Assembly (NCBI GenBank): GCA_035697365.1
Contig: DASSDE010000781.1
Span: 1 to 53,759 of the forward strand
Length of the DNA stretch: 53,759 nt
Origin: Kribbella sp.
Lineage (GTDB): Bacteria > Actinomycetota > Actinomycetes > Propionibacteriales > Kribbellaceae
Direction of reading: 5' to 3'
The notes under the pieces were generated by a model that searched no databases, was not told the origin of the DNA, and worked only from the letters and a program-made list of their open reading frames with translations. Each line of letters starts with the position of its first letter. Position 1 is the first letter of the stretch. The position numbers were made by a program, and so were the translations under genes. Shown in pieces: positions 1-7,373 of this stretch.

Positions 1-81
1 GAGATCGCCATCGAGACGTTCTTCCCCGCCGACGCCACGACGGCAAGGATCCTGCGCTCACTGACGACCCCGCCGGCCTGA
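1..81 (+). CDS. 3' end of an XRE/MmyB-like transcriptional regulator (partial)
   Basis: Frame 1 reads EIAIETFFPADATTARILRSLTTPPA*; the E-x-FFPAD-x-x-T ending is typical of MmyB-like ligand-binding domains. Gene starts outside the window. Confidence 0.65.
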   Translation, partial: EIAIETFFPADATTARILRSLTTPPA

Positions 82-283
82 TTCCTTCGGCGTGACGTCC
101 CAGCGCCGAGGTTGGTGGACGCCGGCGACGGTCGCCCCTCAACGGCCGCCGCCCAGCATCCACGATGCCCGAGTCTCGATGCTGTTCACTGTCGGGCTTG
201 TCCGTGACGCTAGACGACACAGGTGGCCCGACTCCAGCCCGAGAAGTCCGTTGCCGAGAACGTCAAGAACTCTCAATACACGC

Positions 284-1054
284 TCAACGGCGGTGCAATC
301 CATCGGGTGGCCAGTCGGGTTGGATGGGGTTCGAGGTACGACGGTGGATGCGGCCGACCGCGGTTGCGGCGAGCATGGCGCTGCCGAGGACGATGTGGAG
401 CCAGCCGTCGGCGGTGCCGGTCGGCACGAGTTGTGGGAGAGCGGGGGAGCTGTCCAGTTGCCCGTAGCCGGCGATTGCGATCATCACCACTCCGCAGATC
501 GAGAGCAGCGTTCTGCAGCCGCGGAGCGATCCGGCGCTCAGCAAGACGCCGATGGCGAGCAGGAGGTGCACGATGCTGTGCGCCAGCGACACATGGAACA
601 GTCCGAAGAGCAGCTGTTCGGGCCGCTGCAGGTCCAGTTCTTGCCACTCGCCTCTGAGCAGGAAAAGAAGTCCGAAGCAGGACAGGGTGAACAGCGCACC
701 TGCGATCCACAGGGCCAGCTCCTGGGTAGCCGCCGGGCGGGGCGTGCCGTTGTCCAATTGCGGCTCCTCACTGGCGGCAGGTCCGGGGGCGGCACCTGCG
801 TCGTTGTGGACCGTTCGGGGCCGGCGGCAATGCGTCGTTGGGATGCACCGCCGCCGGCACCCGGGTCGGCACGGCCCGTGGCCGGTGGACCGTGTGTCGA
901 GTGGCTGCGAAGGCGACCCGAGCGAGACACCACTCACTCGAGTGCCACCCGGCACCGGACTCCCGGCCGCGAACGCGATCACCGGCCGAGGGGTGCTCTC
1001 GCCCGGCGATCGGTCTCGCCATGCCTGAGCCAGCACTGTAAGCCGCCGCGCCAC
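284..1054 (-). CDS. DUF4383-like membrane protein (start uncertain, probably well downstream of 1054)
   Basis: C-terminal half has four hydrophobic segments with LFGLFHVSLAHSIVHLLL and ADGWLHIVLG motifs; the N-terminal ~90 aa look non-coding. Confidence 0.6.
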   Translation of the reverse strand: MARRLTVLAQAWRDRSPGESTPRPVIAFAAGSPVPGGTRVSGVSLGSPSQPLDTRSTGHGPCRPGCRRRCIPTTHCRRPRTVHNDAGAAPGPAASEEPQLDNGTPRPAATQELALWIAGALFTLSCFGLLFLLRGEWQELDLQRPEQLLFGLFHVSLAHSIVHLLLAIGVLLSAGSLRGCRTLLSICGVVMIAIAGYGQLDSSPALPQLVPTGTADGWLHIVLGSAMLAATAVGRIHRRTSNPIQPDWPPDGLHRR

Positions 1055-1085
1055 CGGCGGTCTCCGGTTCGGGACCGACCGTCAT

Positions 1086-1107
1086 GAACTCTCAAAGAAC
1101 CCTCAAA
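1086..1107. promoter_or_regulatory. Tandem 11-bp direct repeat (GAACTCTCAAA/GAACCCTCAAA), possible OmpR/MprA-type operator
   Basis: Two near-identical AT-rich 11-mers in the divergent intergenic region; TCTCAA-N5-CCTCAA resembles the MprA hexamer-N5-hexamer pattern. Confidence 0.3.
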
Positions 1108-1285
1108 CCCACGTACCTGTCCGTCGTCGGTGTCCTCGGCGATGTCCGGCAGATCGCGCGCTTGTTGCCGGGCGTCGGCCAGCTAGGTGGTTGGAGGTTC
1201 GCCGGTCGTGGCCGTACCCGAACCGGGCGAACGGTGGCAAAGTCCGAACTGTACGAACAGCGCACCGAACCGGGAGAGGGCTGCG

Positions 1286-2026
1286 ATGAGGATCTATCGC
1301 ACGAGCTGGTTGGCGTTCAGCGTCGTCCTCGGTGTCATGGGTCTGCTCGGGGCCTTCACCTGGTCGCCGACGCCGATCATCCTGGTGTTCCTTTGCGCGG
1401 CCTTCAGCGGCTGGGGCATCGCGATGATCGTGCTCAGCCCGGACGACGCCATCCAGCTCCCCGAGCACCGGCGCGGGACGGTTGCCTGGAGCGCGGTCCT
1501 CACCGGCGCCGGTACGGTCGCGTTCATCGGTCTGGGCACCTTGCTCGGAGCCTCGGTTGCGGTCCTGCTGCTGGCGATCACGGCCGGCGGATCGCCGTAC
1601 GCGACCAGCTGGTGCGTACGTTGGCTGCGCGCACACGGTCACCTGCCCGAGCCAACTGCACAGCCCGCTGCACCGCCCCCTGCCAAGTCCGAGCCCACGC
1701 CGCTGCGGATCGTACCCATCGAGATCGACCTGCCGGAGCCGTCCGCAGCAGCCTCGTCATTGAGCGACGACGCTTTGTGCCTGGCGTGGCGAGCCAGCTT
1801 CTCCGCACTGCAGCGAGCACAGTCCGCAGCGCAGCGGCTGACCATCATCGAAGAGCGGCGCGCGTATCTCGACGAGACCGAGCGCCGCAACGCCCACGGC
1901 CTGGCTGCTTGGCTGGCATCCGGACCCAGAGCGGCGGGCAACCCCAGCAGATTCGTCCTCGGCGACGGCGCCGCCGGCCGCGCGCGCATCGACTGGAACG
2001 AGTTGCTCCACGACACCGACCAGTGA
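1286..2026 (+). CDS. Hypothetical membrane protein (4 TM, Pro-rich linker, helical C-terminal domain)
   Basis: ATG 1286 follows GGGAGAGGG; hydrophobic N-half, PEPTAQPAAPPP linker, C-terminal LCLAWRASF...YLDETERR...WLASG domain. Confidence 0.75.
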   Translation: MRIYRTSWLAFSVVLGVMGLLGAFTWSPTPIILVFLCAAFSGWGIAMIVLSPDDAIQLPEHRRGTVAWSAVLTGAGTVAFIGLGTLLGASVAVLLLAITAGGSPYATSWCVRWLRAHGHLPEPTAQPAAPPPAKSEPTPLRIVPIEIDLPEPSAAASSLSDDALCLAWRASFSALQRAQSAAQRLTIIEERRAYLDETERRNAHGLAAWLASGPRAAGNPSRFVLGDGAAGRARIDWNELLHDTDQ

Positions 2027-2039
2027 ACAAGTGCCCTTC

Positions 2040-3113
2040 TTAGTTCGTGATTGTTACTGGGGTGGAGTTGCTGGGTTGACTGGGGTTGGTCACGTTGTCG
2101 GTGCTGATGGCCACGACCTGGTAGGCGCCGTTGGCGGGCTGGGAGGTCCAGCTCACCTGATAGTTGGTGGCGGCGTTGGTCGAGGATCCGATGGCGGTCC
2201 AGTTCGCACTGGTGCAGGGGCCGGCGTACGTGGCGCAGTAGAAGTACCCGATCGACTTCACACCGGAGCCTGAACCGTCGGAGCTGGTGTCGGTCAGCGT
2301 CGCGCCGTTGCTGACCGCGACGGTGATGTTGAAGGTTGCGGACGGCCCGGTGGAGGCCAGACCTGCCGTGGTCGCGGTCAAGGTGAGTCCCAGTACGGTG
2401 GAATTGATCGTGACGCCGTTGAAGGTGGCGCGTCCGGTGCCGTCGGTGAGCACAGACGCGCCGGCGTTGATCACCCCTGCCGAGGGCATGAGCGTGACAG
2501 GCGTCCCGCTGGTGCTCACGGGGTTGCCGATTTGGTCTTGCAGTTGCACGGTGATCGCCTGCAACGCCGTACCGGCGAAGCCGCTGGACGGACCCTGGGC
2601 GAAGGCCAACTTGGCTGCGGCGCCCGCGGTCATGACGATCGGTCCCGATGGGGATGCCGCGTTCGTGTCGCTGGAAGTCGACACGGTGAAGGTGGTCGCC
2701 GGGTAGCTGCCGACCGGAGCGTTGGTGATCCCCGCGATCGTGAGCGATCCAACCGTGCCTTTCGGAAGTGCGCAGGTGGAGCCGGCCAGCGTGACGGTGA
2801 CCGTGGAAGCGCTGGTGGTAGCCGTGGACGTACACCCACCGAATGCGGCGCTGAGCCCGACCACTGGATTCTGCGGCACGGTGAAACTGGTGCTGAAGGT
2901 GACCAGGATCGTGCTGCCCGCCGCCAGCGCGCCACTGCCGTTGCTCGTCTTGAAGCCGATCGTCCAGTCCGCCGTCGCTCTGCCGATCGATGACGAGCTG
3001 TTGAAGGTGACACCGCTGACGCTGGACGCCGCGGTAGCCGTCGGACCGGTGAGGATGCCGATGCCGACGAGCAACGCGAGGACTCCCGCCAGCCGGAAGT
3101 GTTTGAGACTCAT
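2040..3113 (-). CDS. Secreted Ser/Thr-rich multi-Ig-like protein (fibre operon gene D)
   Basis: ATG 3113 overlaps the upstream TGA; Sec signal MSLKHFRLAGVLALLVGIGILTGPTATA; beta-rich; C-terminal Cys-pair domain shared with gene C. Confidence 0.85.
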   Translation of the reverse strand: MSLKHFRLAGVLALLVGIGILTGPTATAASSVSGVTFNSSSSIGRATADWTIGFKTSNGSGALAAGSTILVTFSTSFTVPQNPVVGLSAAFGGCTSTATTSASTVTVTLAGSTCALPKGTVGSLTIAGITNAPVGSYPATTFTVSTSSDTNAASPSGPIVMTAGAAAKLAFAQGPSSGFAGTALQAITVQLQDQIGNPVSTSGTPVTLMPSAGVINAGASVLTDGTGRATFNGVTINSTVLGLTLTATTAGLASTGPSATFNITVAVSNGATLTDTSSDGSGSGVKSIGYFYCATYAGPCTSANWTAIGSSTNAATNYQVSWTSQPANGAYQVVAISTDNVTNPSQPSNSTPVTITN

Positions 3114-4192
3114 CAGGAGCGTCCGTTCACTGTTGGCGGGCCAACGGTCGGTGGGGTGGTGTCCACGGTAACGGCGGTCGCCGGGCTCGGTCCGCTGATG
3201 GTGCCTGCGGCATCGGTAGCGACGGCCACGACCCGGTACGCACCGTCTGCTGCGAATGGTGCGTTCTTGGTGATGGAGAAGTCCGTCGCGGTGGATGATC
3301 CGAGAGCGGTCCAGTTCGCCGCGGTACAACTGCCGGTGGAGCCGTCGCAGCGGTAGTAGGCGACCGAGGCCACGCCGGTGAAGTCGTCGGCTGCCGCGTC
3401 GGTGAGCATGACTGCTGCGTTGCCGACGAAGTTCCCGAAGGCCCGAGTCGCTGCGATCGTCGGAGCCGCAGCCGTTGGCGCAGTCGAGTCGTAGACGACT
3501 GTGTTGTCCGTACTCGTCGAGGCAGTGTTACCTGCACCGCCCGAGTCGCGCACGGTGTCGGCCGCGATCGAGACACTGACCGAGCTGCTGCTGGTGAGTC
3601 CGCTCACGGCGAGGTGGTATGTCGGACCGCTGCCGCTGACCACGACGGTCGCGGTCGCCGGAACGACGGTGACGTCCGTACCGGTGAAGCCGGTCACCGC
3701 CTCGCTGAAGACCGCGGTGAAGCTGATCGGCGACGTGGCACTCGGATCCGCCTGGCCTGCTGTTTGGTTGACCGTGACTGTTGGGCGTGCGTTGTGCACG
3801 GTCAGGTCCGCGCTCGAGCCGGTTGCCGTCCAGCTGCCCGAGATCGCTGTGACGAGGTAGTGGTACGTCCCGTCGGCGACGTTCGGATCGGTGCAGGTGG
3901 TCGCCGTGGTCGGCGTGGACTGCGTCGTACCGCACGCCGGCGCGGTCGAACCGTCGCTCGTAGTGACCCGGTTCACGACATACCCGGTGGCACGCGCCGA
4001 CGCCGTCCAGTTGATGGTGACGATCTCGCTGCCTGATGGTGCCGTTGCCGTCACAGGCGTCGGCGGTGTCAGCGAGCCGGTGGATGCGGATCCGATGCCC
4101 GTGCCGGCCCCGGTCCAGAATCCCCAGGCGACCTCACCGCCGGTCGTCACGAAAACGACAACGGCGAGGACGAGGAGAAGGCGTCGAGTCAT
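3113..4192 (-). CDS. Secreted protein with SipW-class-like N-terminus, FN3-like and Ig-like domains (fibre operon gene C)
   Basis: MTRRLLLVLAVVVFVTTGGEVAWG-FWTGAGTGIGSASTG; FN3-like INWTAS..TGYVV..YHYLVTA; Big-like FTAVFSEAVTGF; C-terminal Cys-pair domain. Confidence 0.85.
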   Translation of the reverse strand: MTRRLLLVLAVVVFVTTGGEVAWGFWTGAGTGIGSASTGSLTPPTPVTATAPSGSEIVTINWTASARATGYVVNRVTTSDGSTAPACGTTQSTPTTATTCTDPNVADGTYHYLVTAISGSWTATGSSADLTVHNARPTVTVNQTAGQADPSATSPISFTAVFSEAVTGFTGTDVTVVPATATVVVSGSGPTYHLAVSGLTSSSSVSVSIAADTVRDSGGAGNTASTSTDNTVVYDSTAPTAAAPTIAATRAFGNFVGNAAVMLTDAAADDFTGVASVAYYRCDGSTGSCTAANWTALGSSTATDFSITKNAPFAADGAYRVVAVATDAAGTISGPSPATAVTVDTTPPTVGPPTVNGRS

Positions 4193-4194
4193 GA

Positions 4195-5319
4195 TCAGTT
4201 CCCCTGTCCCGCGCCCGAGTACGCGAACGTGACTGTGGCGCCCTTGCAGCCGTCCTGATTCGATGCCGTGTCGACCATCGTCACCTGCGGCCAGGCCGAC
4301 TGAGGGACGTGCAGGCCGGACAGCGCAGCGCCGGAGTTGCCGGGGACACTCAGCGGGTAACTTCCTGCGTACTGCGTGATGCGGTAATCCGCCGATCCGC
4401 ACGGGAGGCCCTGAGCCACGGCGGTCGCAGTCCGCATGACCGAGGCCAGCGCGACGGTCAGGTTCGTGATGGCGATCGGCTTCTTGTTCGGGTTGGTCAA
4501 CGTGAGGTCGAGCTGTCGCGTGGCGCCCGGTGACAGCAGACCGGTCAGGTTGCCGCTGATCGCGAAGTCCTTTCCGCTGCTCTGCACAACGATTGTGACG
4601 GTCAGGTACGCCAAGCGCAGGACACCGGCCGGGTCCTTGCCGCTAGCAACCAGCGCGACGGTGTAGTTGCCGTCGGCGGCAGTGCGCGGAGTCGTGATCT
4701 GCAGGCTCGAGGAGTTCCCGGTGACGGGATTCGGCGTGTACGCCGCGCTCGCACCGGATGGCAGGCCGCCGAGAACGGCGAGGACAACCGGCCCTGGCAG
4801 GTTCGTACGGACGAGTTGTACGGCGAACACCGCGATCGATCCGGGCGCCTGCGTGATGGACGCGGGTGTGGCACTCAGCGAGAGCGAACTGGACACCGGA
4901 GCGCTCACGACCAACCCGATGGTGATCGTGGCACTCACCTTCGTGCCGCTCGCCCGAACTGTGATCGGCGCCGATCCGGTAGGTGTGGTGGCGGAGGTCC
5001 GTACGGTCAGCGCCGTACTTGCCGTACTGCCGGAGCTGAGCGTGGCCGAGGTCGGGCTGAACGACGCCGAGGCCCCTCCCGGTACGCCGGTGGCGCTGAA
5101 CGCGACCGTGCCGCTGAACCCTCCGACGGACGTCACGCTGATGGTGTACGTCGCCGCCTGACCGCGCGTCACCGACTGGCTGGCCGGCGAGGTGCCCAGC
5201 GTGAGGCCGGGCTTGGCCGGCTGAGCTGCGTACGACAGACCCGCCAGGGCAAGCAGGAGGCACAGTCCGGCGACCAGGGACCTGATCGCCCGGAACGGGC
5301 CGCTGCGCGTGCCTCGCAT
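4195..5319 (-). CDS. Secreted protein with two Ig-like repeats and a C-terminal TasA-like domain (fibre operon gene B)
   Basis: GGAGGAG RBS and Sec signal; repeats LGTSPASQSVTRGQAATYTISV / LSATPASITQAPGSIAVFAVQL; C-terminal LSPG..PCGSADY..NQDGCKGATV domain matching gene A. Confidence 0.85.
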   Translation of the reverse strand: MRGTRSGPFRAIRSLVAGLCLLLALAGLSYAAQPAKPGLTLGTSPASQSVTRGQAATYTISVTSVGGFSGTVAFSATGVPGGASASFSPTSATLSSGSTASTALTVRTSATTPTGSAPITVRASGTKVSATITIGLVVSAPVSSSLSLSATPASITQAPGSIAVFAVQLVRTNLPGPVVLAVLGGLPSGASAAYTPNPVTGNSSSLQITTPRTAADGNYTVALVASGKDPAGVLRLAYLTVTIVVQSSGKDFAISGNLTGLLSPGATRQLDLTLTNPNKKPIAITNLTVALASVMRTATAVAQGLPCGSADYRITQYAGSYPLSVPGNSGAALSGLHVPQSAWPQVTMVDTASNQDGCKGATVTFAYSGAGQGN

Positions 5320-5339
5320 GGTTCTCCTCCCAGGATGTT

Positions 5340-5391
5340 GCGGTCCCGGTCCGGGCGGGGCCGACGACCCCGCACGGACCTGGGAAACCGC
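5340..5391 (-). terminator. Long GC-rich stem-loop between fibre genes A and B (partial terminator or 3' mRNA stabiliser)
   Basis: GCGGTCCCGGTCCGGGCGGGG ... CCCCGCACGGACCTGGGAAACCGC fold back with small bulges; no U-tract. Confidence 0.6.
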
Positions 5392-5400
5392 GGCGACGAC

Positions 5401-5865
5401 TTAGTTGCTGGCGTACGACAGGTTGACCGTCGCGCCCTTGCAGCCGTCCTGGTTCGCGGCCTTGTTGTTGAACTGCAGCGTCGCGCCGGTGAAGGACTCG
5501 GTGCCGCCGGCGGCGATGTCCTTGCCGACCGTCATCACCGGGGTGACCAGCGTGTAGTCCGTGGCGTCGCAGGAGCCGGACGCTCCGCTCGCCTTCGTCA
5601 CAGAGTCGATGCTCACGGTCACGGTGTTCACGTAGGCCTTGTTGGCGGCGTTGTTCGTGACGGTTCCGGTGATGGTCTGCGGTGCGTCGCCCGGGTACAT
5701 GTTCGCGATCGTGCTGGTCTGCGCGATCGTCAGGTCGCTGGCGCCGGCGGACGTGGCGCCGGCGCCGCTGCCCGAGCCGGTGGTGCTCCAGTAGGCGAAC
5801 GCCGAACCGGCGCCGATGACGAGGGTGGCTGCGGCGGCGATGATGATCTTCTTCTTGCGGTGCAT
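5401..5865 (-). CDS. SipW-class signal peptide protein, TasA/camelysin-like putative major fibre subunit (gene A)
   Basis: MHRKKKIIIAAAATLVIGAGSAFA-YWSTTGSGSG; NMYPGD resembles TasA/CalY NLxPGD; C-terminal NQDGCKGATV; GGAGAGG RBS. Confidence 0.8.
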   Translation of the reverse strand: MHRKKKIIIAAAATLVIGAGSAFAYWSTTGSGSGAGATSAGASDLTIAQTSTIANMYPGDAPQTITGTVTNNAANKAYVNTVTVSIDSVTKASGASGSCDATDYTLVTPVMTVGKDIAAGGTESFTGATLQFNNKAANQDGCKGATVNLSYASN

Positions 5866-5937
5866 GGCGGTGTCCTCTCCCCGCGACCCCGGCGGGGCCG
5901 TCTGTCCGGAAGGTTGTCAGGAGCGGGACCCGAGCGC

Positions 5938-5973
5938 TGTCGGCTGAACGGCCAGACTTTGTCGGCCGATCGG
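5938..5973. promoter_or_regulatory. Two TGTCGGCYGAWCGG repeats (22-bp period) upstream of the fibre operon
   Basis: TGTCGGCTGAACGG at 5938 and TGTCGGCCGATCGG at 5960; the reverse complement CGATCGGCCGACA also occurs at 14718 upstream of flp. Confidence 0.45.
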
Positions 5974-5991
5974 TGAAATCCGGCGCCGCGG

Positions 5992-6456
5992 TCAGAAGAC
6001 GCCGGGGAGCAGCGCGGCAGTACGAGTGCGGTAGTCGGCGTACTCCGGGAGCGTCCTGAGCAGTACGTGTTCCTCGCGGAGGGCGCGATACACCTGGAGC
6101 GCGACGAGAAGCAGCCAAACGCCGCCGGCCGCCGGACTGCCGGCGGCGATGACGACACCGAGCGAGGAGACGAGTTCGCCGGTGTAGAGGGGATGCCGGA
6201 CCCAGCGGTACGGGCCGTGCTGGACGACGTCGCGAGCCTGGGCGACGACCGACAGATTCTTGCCCAGGCTGCGCAACGACCAGATCGACCAGACGGTGCC
6301 GACGATCAGGATCGCATCGGCGACCAGTTCCTGCCCGGAGCCCGGCGGCTCACCGACCAGCAAGGGTAGGGCGAACGGAAGCAGCGTCGCGGTGACCGCC
6401 GCTGTGTGCGCGGCGTACGACGTACTGGTCGCCTTTGCGGGCCCACGCCGTCCGTT
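5992..6456 (-). pseudogene. 5'-truncated isoprenylcysteine carboxyl methyltransferase (ICMT/PEMT) family gene
   Basis: LGKNLS..VVQHGPYRWVRHPLYTG..EEHVL..EYADYRTRT motifs. Protein-like frame continues upstream of TTG 6363 (RRGPAKATSTSYAAHTAAVTATLLPFALP) to the tadC stop with no other start codon or RBS. Confidence 0.7.
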
Positions 6457-6457
6457 G

Positions 6458-7372
6458 CTATTTTCCGAAGAAGACGTGCACGATGCTGATCACGCCCGGG
6501 CCGATGATGACGACGAACATCGAGGGGAACAGGCAGAACACCAGCGGGAAGAGGATCTTCACCGGGACTTTCTGCGCCTTCTCCTCGGCGCGCTGCCGGC
6601 GCCGCACCCGCATCTCCTTCGCCTGTTCGCGCAGTACGTCGGCGATCGTGATGCCGAGCTCGCCGGCCTGTACGAGCGCGGACACGAACGACCGCAGCTC
6701 GGGCACCGTGGTCCGGCCGGTCAGCGCCCGCAGCGCCTGCGCACGCGACTTGCCGATCTGCATCTCCTGCAGCACGCGGGCGAGCTCCGCGGCGAGCGCG
6801 CCGCGGGTGTTGCGGGCGACCTGCGCCAGGGCCGCGTCGAATCCGAGACCGGCCTCGACGCAGACCGTCAGCATGTCGAGCGCGTCGGGCAACGCCTTCT
6901 GGATCTTCTCCTGACGTTTGAGGCCGGCGTTGTACAGCACGACGTCGGGGAGGAAGAACCCGACGGTTGCCGCCACCGCGGTCCCTACGACGAGGAGGCC
7001 GATGGTCCGCAGCCCGTACAGGCCACCGAGCCCACCCAGGAGGAACAGCCCGAGACCTTTCGTGGCCAGTACCCGGTCGGGCGTCCACCCGGCCGGATTA
7101 CCTGCGAGGTCGAGTCGACGCTGCAGCGTTGCCGTGATCCCGGAGGGCGACAGGCGTATCGCGAGTCCGCGGATCCAGCTCGGCAGCGCGGCGAACGGAT
7201 CCCGTTCGGCCTTGACTGCCGTCGGAGCACTCTGCGAGTAACGGGTGTCGATCGTCGTGAGCGCCCGAGCCACCCCGGTCTCCGCAGGGCGCGCGCTCAG
7301 GCCGATGACAGCGAGGGCGATGCCGGCGCCGAGCGCGGCGACACCGACGACCAGAAGCACGATCGGAGTCAT
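6458..7372 (-). CDS. tadC: Tad pilus platform protein TadC (T2SS F family)
   Basis: LPDALDMLTVCVEAGLGFDAAL, RRQRAEEKAQKVPVKILFPLVFCLFP motifs. Confidence 0.93.
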   Translation of the reverse strand: MTPIVLLVVGVAALGAGIALAVIGLSARPAETGVARALTTIDTRYSQSAPTAVKAERDPFAALPSWIRGLAIRLSPSGITATLQRRLDLAGNPAGWTPDRVLATKGLGLFLLGGLGGLYGLRTIGLLVVGTAVAATVGFFLPDVVLYNAGLKRQEKIQKALPDALDMLTVCVEAGLGFDAALAQVARNTRGALAAELARVLQEMQIGKSRAQALRALTGRTTVPELRSFVSALVQAGELGITIADVLREQAKEMRVRRRQRAEEKAQKVPVKILFPLVFCLFPSMFVVIIGPGVISIVHVFFGK

Positions 7373-7373
7373 T

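Noticed and set aside
92-1087. 331-aa plus-strand ORF and other long overlapping ORFs (e.g. 8978-11080, 27920-29755, 41384-43741)
   Set aside because: Shadow frames of real genes in high-GC DNA; no family motifs, and the opposite or alternative frame has clear motifs.
2040-5865. Sortase-assembled pilus interpretation of the four secreted proteins
   Set aside because: No LPXTG-TM-basic tail, no YPKN pilin motif and no sortase gene.
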